The position numbers were made by a program, and so were the translations under genes. A DNA stretch of 60,920 nt, counting the filler. It is 7 parts of 7 records of this genome, joined end to end, with 100 filler letters (N's around TTAATTAATTAA, not from the genome) between each part and the next. Parts side by side here need not be neighbours in the genome. Positions count along the whole stretch, not along the records: positions 29,295 to 37,588 come from SRR20825010_6252; positions 37,689 to 44,776 come from SRR20825010_6254; 5 more parts are not named here. One strand, given 5' to 3'. The notes beneath the pieces are model-generated. The model saw only the letters and a list, made by a program, of their open reading frames with translations. It did not search any database and had not been told where the DNA came from. Position 1 is the stretch's first letter, and every line of letters begins with the position of its first letter. Below, in pieces: positions 32,452-41,045 of the stretch.

Positions 32452-33477
32452 ATGAAAACAAAAGCGCCACAGACCACATACTTTAGAAATATGTTTGAAC
32501 AGTTTCAAAATGATATTGGGGGCGACCTAAAGGTCGATTCGAACAACGAACATACTCTTGACATCAACAATGACTTTGGAGACGGCTATATCAAAGGAAT
32601 CTCGTTTAATGATGGTATGTGTTATATGGAGTTCGATATTAAATTTACCAAAGATTTAACCATGGTCGTCAATTCGCCAGAGTACACCTCCATTTGCTTT
32701 GCATATTGTTCCCAAGGGCAGATAGCGCAAAGCTTTGGGAAAAATGGCAAAAAAACCGAACTGGAAAGTTTTCAAACTGGAATGTTGGCCAGCAACTCCT
32801 CACAGGACAACCTATTGTACTTTGACGAATCCACCAACTTAAAAATGATGCTGATCATCGTAAATCCTTCGAAGAACAATAGAGCAGAAAAAAACCTCAA
32901 CCAAAAACTACAGAAACTGTTCTTCGATAACATGGAGAACGACAATTTTGTTTATGTAGGTTCCCATAATTTAAAGGTAGCGGATAAAATACAACAGCTT
33001 AAAAGTATTTCCATAGATGGCATTGCCCGAAAAATAATGATCGAGGGATTGGTACACATGATATTGGCATTGGAAATACAACAACATTCCGACGACTTAA
33101 AGAATGCTGTTCTTCGTGACTCAATGCTGACTTCTAGGGAAAGAGGGGTGGTACAAGAGCTTTCGGAATTCATCAGCAACTATATAGAGAGAAAACTGCC
33201 CATATCCTATTTATGCAAAAAAAGCGGGCTATCTCCTTCAAAATTGCAAGAAGGCTTCAAATTGATGCACGGCACCACAGTGACCGATTACATCCGAAAT
33301 GTAAGAATATGTAAAGCGGAAGAATTGATAAAGACCACTGATTTAAATATTTCACAGGTGGTCTATAGCATCGGATTCATAAGCAGAAGTTATTTTTCAA
33401 AAATTTTCAAAGCAAGATACAATTGTAGTCCAAAGGAATATAAGGACAAGCAAAATTCCCGCCTTGTTCCAGCCTGA
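32452..33477 (+). CDS. AraC-family transcriptional regulator
   Basis: GLSPSKLQEGFK and NISQVVYSIGFISRSYFSKIFKARYNCSP double HTH. Confidence 0.95.
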   Translation: MKTKAPQTTYFRNMFEQFQNDIGGDLKVDSNNEHTLDINNDFGDGYIKGISFNDGMCYMEFDIKFTKDLTMVVNSPEYTSICFAYCSQGQIAQSFGKNGKKTELESFQTGMLASNSSQDNLLYFDESTNLKMMLIIVNPSKNNRAEKNLNQKLQKLFFDNMENDNFVYVGSHNLKVADKIQQLKSISIDGIARKIMIEGLVHMILALEIQQHSDDLKNAVLRDSMLTSRERGVVQELSEFISNYIERKLPISYLCKKSGLSPSKLQEGFKLMHGTTVTDYIRNVRICKAEELIKTTDLNISQVVYSIGFISRSYFSKIFKARYNCSPKEYKDKQNSRLVPA

Positions 33478-33611
33478 TTGCACCATAGCGCTCGCTCCCC
33501 TATTACCCTAGGCCGTATGGCCCATTAAAAAAGCAAATGGCACTATAACGTTTTCGACAAATCGTAATAGGGCACCTATTACGTTATAAAAAGCATAAAC
33601 CCCTTGTATTA

Positions 33612-33643
33612 TTGGGATTTAAGGCCTTATTTTCTTACCTTTG
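33612..33643 (+). promoter_or_regulatory. Bacteroidota primary-sigma promoter for the GNAT-rpsU-pro operon
   Basis: TACCTTTG (33636-33643) matches TAnnTTTG; TTG 21 nt upstream. Confidence 0.7.
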
Positions 33644-33648
33644 TCTCG

Positions 33649-33750
33649 ATGAACGTTAAGCTCCACGAGAGAAAAAACTGTAGAATCCTAAGTTTTAATT
33701 ATCTGGTATTCAGAAACCAGTCAGATAAGTTCATTCCGCCTACCCTTTAA
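33649..33750 (+). CDS. Candidate 33-aa leader peptide (uORF) with Pro-Pro near its end
   Basis: Manual translation MNVKLHERKNCRILSFNYLVFRNQSDKFIPPTL*; ATG lies at the expected TSS; upstream of proCBA. Confidence 0.5.
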   Translation: MNVKLHERKNCRILSFNYLVFRNQSDKFIPPTL

Positions 33751-33894
33751 TTACCTTCCCCTTATTCGGGAAGTAGACCCTATTACTATGGGAACTTAAG
33801 GACATTTCGTCCATCCTTTTCCATTTAGCCCTAATCGAAGCTTTAACTAAACTAAAAACTTAAAAATTAATCCATTATCGTTCAAAACAAAAGC

Positions 33895-34338
33895 ATGGTA
33901 ATTAAGACCTACGATGCCTATACAAGGCTTTCTACCATGGAAGCCGACCGGTTTGCCAATTTTCTCTTTGACCACCAAGAGGGCAAGAGAGCTACAAAAA
34001 AAGCAATTAGAAAGGCTATACAATATTCTACCAAAGATATTCCCGGACTTGGCGGATATGTGTTCGCCATGGAGGACAAAAATGAAATTTTAGGTTTGGC
34101 AGTTGTAAACAAAACAGGCATGGGAGATTATATACCCGAAAATTTCTTGGTATTCTTTGTGATTCACAGAGATTATAGAAACAACGATATAGAGCAAAAA
34201 CTATTGGACTACACCCTGCAATATTGTAAAGGAGACGTTGCCGTTCACATTACAGGTGAAAACCAATATCCGAATAAAAAATTTTTTGAAGATAAAGGGT
34301 TCAGCGCAACCCATTTAGAAATGAGATTGAACAGATAA
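33895..34338 (+). CDS. GNAT-fold protein with degenerate acetyl-CoA motif
   Basis: GGYVF..ILGLAVVN..LVFFVIHRDYR..FFEDKGF GNAT layout; motif A reads RNNDIE. Confidence 0.75.
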   Translation: MVIKTYDAYTRLSTMEADRFANFLFDHQEGKRATKKAIRKAIQYSTKDIPGLGGYVFAMEDKNEILGLAVVNKTGMGDYIPENFLVFFVIHRDYRNNDIEQKLLDYTLQYCKGDVAVHITGENQYPNKKFFEDKGFSATHLEMRLNR

Positions 34339-34346
34339 ACCATTAT

Positions 34347-34541
34347 ATGTTAAAAATAGAAGTTAAGCCAGGCGAAAGTATTGAAAGGGCTCTAAAACGC
34401 TATAAAAGAAAATATAGAAACACAAAGCGTTTGGACCAAATACGCAGCCGGCAAGAGTATACCAAAAAATCAGTAGAACGCCGAAAAACACTTAAAAAGG
34501 CACAATATAAAGAGCAATTCCTGAACGAACAGGAAGACTAA
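34347..34541 (+). CDS. rpsU: 30S ribosomal protein bS21 (probable second copy)
   Basis: VKPGESIERALKRYKRK..YTKKSVERR..KAQY. Confidence 0.93.
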   Translation: MLKIEVKPGESIERALKRYKRKYRNTKRLDQIRSRQEYTKKSVERRKTLKKAQYKEQFLNEQED

Positions 34542-34575
34542 TAACATCAAAAATTAAAGTATCAATAACAATAAA

Positions 34576-34767
34576 ATGAGACTTTCAAGAATTAAAAGGG
34601 AAACAAGATATGAAAAACGCTATAGCGTTAAAATGGGAGAACTTACTACCCGTGTCACCTATATAAGAAGGTACATAATGGGACTTCCCGTACGCACTTT
34701 GCACAGATACCGTTCAACATACTACGGTAAGGTCAAAGATTGCAACGATTGCAACGTATTATCATAA
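34576..34767 (+). CDS. Small basic Arg/Tyr-rich hypothetical protein
   Basis: 63 aa, ATG after A-rich tract, fills the gap between rpsU and proC. Confidence 0.7.
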   Translation: MRLSRIKRETRYEKRYSVKMGELTTRVTYIRRYIMGLPVRTLHRYRSTYYGKVKDCNDCNVLS

Positions 34768-34807
34768 CATTATTAGAACTTTTTATATAAACCTTTTAAC
34801 ATAAACA

Positions 34808-35614
34808 ATGAAAGTATTGGTTATTGGCGCAGGTAACATGGGGCTTACCTATGCCACAGGTATGTCTAAATCCAAATTGTTGAAAAAACGCAACATCATG
34901 GTGCTGGACAAATCAAAAGAAAAATTGGAAGAAGTAGGTAAAATAGCCTATTTCGATGCCATTGACAAAATCGAAGATTGTGTTCCACAGGCGGATATCA
35001 TCTTTTTGGCCGTAAAACCATATCATGCCGAGGAACTTTTTGGGCGCATGAAACCATTGGTAAACCCAGAACAATTGTTCATATCCATTATGGCAGGGGT
35101 CACCATCAACTATATACAGGAAGCCCTTGGTATCAAAAAAGTGGTAAGGGCCATGCCCAATCTGCCAGCTCAAGTTGGTAAGGGTTTGACCAGCTACGTG
35201 TCCGCCGAGGAAGTTTCCCGATTGGAACTTTTTATGGTCGAAGGGCTGTTGGATACAACGGGTAAATCGCTTAGAGTGAAAAATGAGAAATATATTGATG
35301 CATCTACCGGAATTTCTGGAAGTGGACCAGCATATGTTTTCTACTTCATGCAAAGTATGATGGAAGCCGCACTACAAATGGGATTCTCCGAAAATGTATC
35401 CAAAGTACTCGTGAGCCAAACATTTACAGGTGCCGTGGAATTGTTCAACCAGAACAACCTAAATCCCGACACTTGGATGGAGATGGTAGCCTCCAAAGGA
35501 GGAACCACCAGGGCCGCCTTGGACTCCATGGAAGACAACAATGTAAACGAATTAATCAAAGAAGCCGCCTTTGCAGCATTCGGTAGAGCTGTGGAACTGG
35601 GCGAAGAATACTAA
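34808..35614 (+). CDS. proC: Pyrroline-5-carboxylate reductase
   Basis: IGAGNMG, AVKP, RAMPN, SGSGPAY, VASKGGTT. Confidence 0.96.
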   Translation: MKVLVIGAGNMGLTYATGMSKSKLLKKRNIMVLDKSKEKLEEVGKIAYFDAIDKIEDCVPQADIIFLAVKPYHAEELFGRMKPLVNPEQLFISIMAGVTINYIQEALGIKKVVRAMPNLPAQVGKGLTSYVSAEEVSRLELFMVEGLLDTTGKSLRVKNEKYIDASTGISGSGPAYVFYFMQSMMEAALQMGFSENVSKVLVSQTFTGAVELFNQNNLNPDTWMEMVASKGGTTRAALDSMEDNNVNELIKEAAFAAFGRAVELGEEY

Positions 35615-35617
35615 AAC

Positions 35618-36388
35618 ATGTATAAAGAACTAGTGGTCATCAAAGTAGGTACAAATGTGATGACCAACAAAGACAACAGAATTGTAAGACCAGTGCTCAA
35701 CAATTTGGTACAACAAATTGCAGAGCTTTACGAACGTGACATCATGACCATTTTGGTCTCCTCTGGGTCGGTAATCGCCGGTAAAGAGGTTCTGGGAAAA
35801 GCAAAGATCAAAGATAAGACCCAACGTAGGCAAGTATATTCCGCCATTGGGCAACCCAGAATGATGAGGCATTATTATAACATATTCAACGATTACGGAA
35901 TGAAATGTGCCCAGGTACTCCCAACAAAAAGGGATTTTAATCCTGGCGTGCACCGCGACAACATGATCAATTGCTTGGAAGGACTCCTTTCCGAAGGCGT
36001 GATTCCGATTGCCAATGAGGATGATGCCGTTTCCGTATCCATGTCCATGTTTTCGGACAATGATGAATTGGCCACTTTGCTGGCACAACTGATGAAGGCA
36101 GACAGACTTATCCTAATGACGGATATTGATGGCCTTTACGATGGACATCCAGAAAAAGCCGATTCCAAGGTAATCGACAAGGTCGAGCCAAAAGAAGACT
36201 TGGACAAGTATATAGAAGAGGGAAACAAACAAGAAGGCGAAGGCCGTGGTGGCATGGGATCAAAATTAAACTATGCCCAAAAAGCCGCAGCGGCAGACAT
36301 TCCATCTTACATTGTCAATGGGAAACGAGATAACGTAATCCTGGATATTGTAGAAGGAAAAAATGTAGGAACAGAAGTTTCAAAATAA
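35618..36388 (+). CDS. proB: Glutamate 5-kinase without PUA domain
   Basis: VIKVGT, VSSGSV, IGQ, NEDDAV..SDND, GGMGSK. Confidence 0.95.
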   Translation: MYKELVVIKVGTNVMTNKDNRIVRPVLNNLVQQIAELYERDIMTILVSSGSVIAGKEVLGKAKIKDKTQRRQVYSAIGQPRMMRHYYNIFNDYGMKCAQVLPTKRDFNPGVHRDNMINCLEGLLSEGVIPIANEDDAVSVSMSMFSDNDELATLLAQLMKADRLILMTDIDGLYDGHPEKADSKVIDKVEPKEDLDKYIEEGNKQEGEGRGGMGSKLNYAQKAAAADIPSYIVNGKRDNVILDIVEGKNVGTEVSK

Positions 36389-36393
36389 CAACA

Positions 36394-37588
36394 ATGAAAT
36401 TATTAAAAACAGATTTAAAAAATAAAGTATTGCAAGATATGGAGCGAATCCTTGATGAAAATCGGGACGAATTGCTCCAAGCAAACAAAAAAGATTTAGA
36501 CGCATTCAACCGCGACGATCAAGCATTGTACGATCGTTTGGTGGTGGACCAAAAGAAAGTGGACCAAATGATCCAGGCCGTGAAAGAAGTTCGCTTGCAA
36601 GATGACCCGGTCAATAAGGAAATCTCCACAAGGGAATTGGACAACGGACTCAAAATCATCAACAGAACTGCTCCTTTTGGCACCATAATGATTATTTACG
36701 AGTCCCGCCCCGATGTAACCATTGAGGCAGCCGTACTTGCATTTAAGGCGAATAATAAAATATTGCTCAAAGGAGGTAAGGAAGCTTACCACAGCAACAA
36801 AGCCTTGGTTAAGTTCTGGCATCAAGCCCTGACCGAAAATGGTCTGTCCAAAGATTATATCCAGTTTATGGAGATGGACAGGACCCAAACACAGGAGTTC
36901 CTTAGGAATCCGGATCAGGAGCTAGACCTCATTGTTCCCCGTGGCGGCGAACGATTGATCAATTTTGTAAAAGAACACGCCAAATGCGCGGTGCTCATAA
37001 GCGGTAGAGGGAACAATTTCCTATATGTGCACAAAGAAGCCGATTGGGAAAAAAGTTTGAAAGTGATTTTGAACGCAAAAACCCATAAGATTTCGGCCTG
37101 TAATGCCTTGGACAAAATTTTGGTTGATACTCAAATTGATGGTTATGAAGACAAGCTGAAAGAATTACAACAAGTACTCACGGCAAACAATGTATCCATA
37201 ATCGTGGATGATAAAGTCAAAAAAACATTGACCAATGAGGATGCCATTACCGATGAATCCATTTGGCAAGAAGAGTTCTTGGCCATGAAGTGTGTTATTG
37301 GTGCTGTCGATAATATTGACGAAGCCATGGATAAAATCAACAAGAACTCTGGAGGGCACTCAGCATCCATAATGACGGAGAACAATAGTGTAGCCAAAAC
37401 GTTCATGGAAAATGTGGACTGTGCTGCGGTATACCAAAACGCATCCACCCGTTTCACTGATGGTGGGCAAATGGGCGTTGGTGCGGAACTCGCAATCAGT
37501 ACGGACAAATTGCACCACCGAGGGCCACTCGGACTAAAACAACTGGTCACCAACAAATACTATGTATTTGGCGATGGGCAGATAAGGG
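36394..37588 (+). CDS. proA: Gamma-glutamyl phosphate reductase (last codons cut by contig end)
   Basis: IYESRPDVT, PRGG, SACNA, NASTRFTDG, ISTDKLHHRGP. Confidence 0.96.
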
Positions 37589-37688
37589 NNNNNNNNNNNN
37601 NNNNNNNNNNNNNNNNNNNNNNNNNNNNNNNNTTAATTAATTAANNNNNNNNNNNNNNNNNNNNNNNNNNNNNNNNNNNNNNNNNNNN
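37589..37688. other. Artificial contig spacer
   Basis: N44-TTAATTAATTAA-N44. Confidence 0.99.
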
Positions 37689-38268
37689 GGTCATACTTAA
37701 CCGGATGTGCGAGCACTGCTGTTCCGCCTGCATCCCGGATCCATGCCACTATTTGCGGTATATCGGCCCAGCATTGCTTTATATCGCCCGGCTTGCCGGC
37801 TCCGAGATATTTTTTGAAGGCTTGCTTGAAGTTGTTAACCGCACCGATATTTACCAGATACTGGGCAAAATGGGGGCGGCCCAAGTTATCGTTGCCGGCG
37901 ACGGCCGTGGCTCCCGCTAATGCATCGTGAAATCCTGCCTGTTGCAGTTTCTCGGCAATACGTTCGGCCCTGAGTCGGCGGGCATGTTGCTGAAATCGGA
38001 CACCGGCTTGCAGGGCTTCACTATGGATGTCGACATTGAGGCCCAGAATATGTACACCGGTCTTGCGCCATTGGGTGGAAAATTCCAAAGCTGGAATTAC
38101 CTGGAGAGGCTGAGCTTTGCATAGCTCCAGTTGTTGCCAGGCGGTGATACTGTCGTGATCGGTAATCGCCAGAACATCGACGCCGGCCTCCGCTGCCAGG
38201 TTCACCAGTTCGGTGGGCGAGAGGGTGCCATCGGAGCAGGTGGTGTGGCTGTGCAGGTCAAAAATCAT
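37689..38268 (-). CDS. PHP-domain phosphoesterase (YciV/TrpH-like), 3' truncated
   Basis: DLHSHTTCSDG, AITDHD, HILG, GRPHFA, LAHP. Confidence 0.9.
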
Positions 38269-38311
38269 TGTGCGATTATAGCCCGAGACGGTTTGCGGCT
38301 ATACTGTGCGG

Positions 38312-38833
38312 ATGAAATATATTATCCCGATCAGTGAGCGACAGCGTCTTCAGGTTGTGGCGAGGACGGCTGGTTTCATCCAGCACGGCAGCAAACTGTT
38401 TGGCCGGAAATTTGCTGAGATACCAGTGGTTTTCGATCTTAGTGGTGGCACGGCGGGGATGTATCGGGTCAGGGATACCCAGCGGGTTATTCGGTACAAC
38501 CCGTGGATTTTTGCCAAGTATTTTGATGACAGTATGGCGGTGACTGTGCCCCACGAGGTGGCCCACTATCTGGTGGACTGCCTGCACGGTCTCGGCAAGG
38601 TGCGGCCCCATGGCGTTCAGTGGCGCGGGATCATGAACGCGTTCGGCGTCGAACCCCGTGCCACCGGGAGCTTTGATCTGGCCGGTATCCCGATGCGCCG
38701 CCAGCGGCGCTTTACCTATCACTGTGAGTGTTCCACCCACCATCTGGCCACCCGTCGACACAACAGCGTCCAGCGAGGTGAGGCGCGCTATCGCTGCCGT
38801 GACTGCGGTGAGACACTGACTGCCGCTTCATGA
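38312..38833 (+). CDS. SprT-like zinc metalloprotease
   Basis: HEVAH, PHGVQW, C-terminal CEC..H..CRDC. Confidence 0.88.
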   Translation: MKYIIPISERQRLQVVARTAGFIQHGSKLFGRKFAEIPVVFDLSGGTAGMYRVRDTQRVIRYNPWIFAKYFDDSMAVTVPHEVAHYLVDCLHGLGKVRPHGVQWRGIMNAFGVEPRATGSFDLAGIPMRRQRRFTYHCECSTHHLATRRHNSVQRGEARYRCRDCGETLTAAS

Positions 38834-39102
38834 CCCGGGACTGGGTTGTCTACATGATAGAAGCTAGCGATGGCTCGCTCTATACCGGTATTACCACCGA
38901 TATCACCCGACGTTTTCGTGCGCACCTGGCGGGCAAGAGTGGGGCACGTTATTTTCATCGGGGGCGGCAGCCGGTCAGGGTGGTCTATACGGAGGGCGCC
39001 GGTAATCGCAGTGCTGCATCGAAGCGGGAAGCGGCCATCAAAAAACTGTCCCGTTCACAGAAATTACGACTGATCTCTGATCTGCAGATGAGCTCGCGCT
39101 GA
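38830..39102 (+). CDS. Small GIY-YIG nuclease (UPF0213/YhbQ-like)
   Basis: VYM..LYTGITTD..RR..H..GARY..REAAIKKL; ATGA overlap with sprT. Confidence 0.9.
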   Translation: MTRDWVVYMIEASDGSLYTGITTDITRRFRAHLAGKSGARYFHRGRQPVRVVYTEGAGNRSAASKREAAIKKLSRSQKLRLISDLQMSSR

Positions 39103-39130
39103 GATTACTATCCACTGCTGCCCGGTCGTC

Positions 39131-39412
39131 TTACTCGTAGGTGCACAGGTAAGCAGTATCCACGGCTACCTGCAACTGGAAAGCCTTGTTTGGTGATACC
39201 TCGAAGCTCTCTCCGGGTTTAAAGGTCTGCCAGTCATCCTGACCCGGCAGTTTTACTGTCAGTGCGCCGCTGACTACCGTCAGGGTTTCCTTTTTATTAG
39301 GACAGAATTCGTGCTCACCGGGGGCCATGACACCCACCGTGGCAGGCAGGGTTTCGGTCTGGAAGCCAATGGAGACTACCTTACCACCAAAATATTCATT
39401 AACTTTAAACAT
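39131..39412 (-). CDS. ppnP: Pyrimidine/purine nucleoside phosphorylase (YaiE)
   Basis: [27 protein letters not shown], 93 aa. Confidence 0.92.
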   Translation of the reverse strand: MFKVNEYFGGKVVSIGFQTETLPATVGVMAPGEHEFCPNKKETLTVVSGALTVKLPGQDDWQTFKPGESFEVSPNKAFQLQVAVDTAYLCTYE

Positions 39413-39506
39413 GGGCTTGCACTCAACAGGTTGGCTGGATAACTGCGTTGTTCGCAACGGGCGGCTTTAGTGGCCGCTATAGTACCTGCAGTCGACGACC
39501 GATAGA

Positions 39507-40724
39507 ATGCGTGCTTTATGGATTTTTACAGGCACAACTTTGAACCAGTGGGATGTGATTATTATTGGTGCCGGTGCTGCTGGGCTGATGGCAGCTGTGG
39601 TTGCGGGTCAGCGTGGGCGCAGTGTCCTATTGCTGGAGCGGGCCAACAAGGCGGGCAAGAAAATCCTGATGTCGGGTGGCGGCCGTTGTAATTTCACGAA
39701 TCTGTATGTGGAGCCGGAGCACTTTCTCTCTGCTAACCCACATTTCTGCAAATCGGCGTTGAGTTGTTATAGCCAGTGGGATTTTATCGAGCTGGTGAAC
39801 AGGCACGGGATTCCCTATCACGAGAAATCCCTCGGCCAGTTGTTTTGTGATAACAGCTCCCGGGATATTCTCGACATGTTGCTGGCGGAAGCCGAACAGG
39901 TCGGGGTGGTGTTGAAAACCGGCAGCGATATTCGCGAGGTGACGTCTGACGAGAAGTTTCGAATTGCAACAACTCAGGGGGAATTGCAGTCTGACTCACT
40001 GGTAGTGGCCTGTGGCGGCCTGTCGGTGCCCACCCTGGGGGGGTCCGACTTCGGCTACCGGCTGGCGAGGCAATTCGGCCATAGTGTCGTCCCGTTGCGG
40101 CCAGCACTGGTGCCCTTCACCTTTACCGACGGCTTTAAACTGCTGTCGGAGAAACTCTCCGGTTTGTCAGTGCCCGTCCGTGTGTCGACGGGTGGAAAGT
40201 CGTTTCTGGAAAATATGCTCTTTACCCATCGAGGCCTCAGCGGTCCGGCGGTGCTGCAGATTTCCAGTTACTGGCGGGAGGAACAAATGGTGAAGGTCGA
40301 CCTATTGCCAAATATCGATGCCCGGCAGTGGCTGCTCGAATTGAAAACAGAACAGCCGAAAGCGCTGTTGCGCACGCTGTTGTCCCAGCTGCTGCCACGC
40401 AAGCTGGTGCGGGAGCTGGAAGGACTTTGGTGGCGGGAACATGCTGACAGGCCATTGGCAGAGTGGCCAGATCATTTGTTGGTATTGGTTGCTGGAAACC
40501 TGCAAGGCTGGTCTTTGAAACCTGCGGGTACGGAGGGCTACCGGACTGCGGAAGTGACCCTGGGGGGCGTGGATACGCGCGAGATTTCTTCTAAAACCAT
40601 GGAAAGTCAGCGTCAGCCGGGTCTGTTTTTTGTTGGAGAGGTACTTGATGTGACCGGTCATCTGGGTGGGTTCAATTTCCAATGGGCCTGGGCATCGGGT
40701 GCCGCTGCTGGTCGAGTTGTTTGA
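39507..40724 (+). CDS. HI0933/YhiN-family flavoprotein
   Basis: GAGAAG, KILMSGGGRCNFTN, LFTHRGLSGP, AEVTLGGV, GGFNFQWAW; start may be TTG 39540. Confidence 0.92.
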   Translation: MRALWIFTGTTLNQWDVIIIGAGAAGLMAAVVAGQRGRSVLLLERANKAGKKILMSGGGRCNFTNLYVEPEHFLSANPHFCKSALSCYSQWDFIELVNRHGIPYHEKSLGQLFCDNSSRDILDMLLAEAEQVGVVLKTGSDIREVTSDEKFRIATTQGELQSDSLVVACGGLSVPTLGGSDFGYRLARQFGHSVVPLRPALVPFTFTDGFKLLSEKLSGLSVPVRVSTGGKSFLENMLFTHRGLSGPAVLQISSYWREEQMVKVDLLPNIDARQWLLELKTEQPKALLRTLLSQLLPRKLVRELEGLWWREHADRPLAEWPDHLLVLVAGNLQGWSLKPAGTEGYRTAEVTLGGVDTREISSKTMESQRQPGLFFVGEVLDVTGHLGGFNFQWAWASGAAAGRVV

Positions 40725-40742
40725 TGTGTTAAAGGTATTTGA

Positions 40743-41036
40743 GTGATGATAGAGCGTGAAGAGCTGATGCAGGAGACGGCAAAAATCCCTTGGCAGGAGT
40801 TGCAGCGTTTTTTTGCCAACGGTTCCACCATCTATGTGTCACCGGAGCTGGATCTGATTGAGGTTGCTTGGGCGATTTGCCAGGATAATAAAACCTGTGT
40901 TCAGGACTGGCTGGCGGTCGGCCAGGTGGGGCAGGTGACCGATCAGCAGGCAATGAAGTGGCTCGAAAGTGATGCCCGGGTCTGGTCGGTGGTGGTAAAG
41001 CCCTGGGTGCTGGTGCAGCCGGTTTCGGCGGATTGA
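40743..41036 (+). CDS. DUF2288-like protein
   Basis: ETAKIPWQELQRFFA..W.VVVKPWVLVQ. Confidence 0.8.
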   Translation: MMIEREELMQETAKIPWQELQRFFANGSTIYVSPELDLIEVAWAICQDNKTCVQDWLAVGQVGQVTDQQAMKWLESDARVWSVVVKPWVLVQPVSAD

Positions 41037-41045
41037 CCTGTCTGA

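Noticed and set aside
33563-33583. CGTAATAGG-GCA-CCTATTACG inverted repeat between araC and the pro-operon promoter
   Set aside because: Real palindrome, but a terminator cannot be told from an operator; no U tract and no second copy
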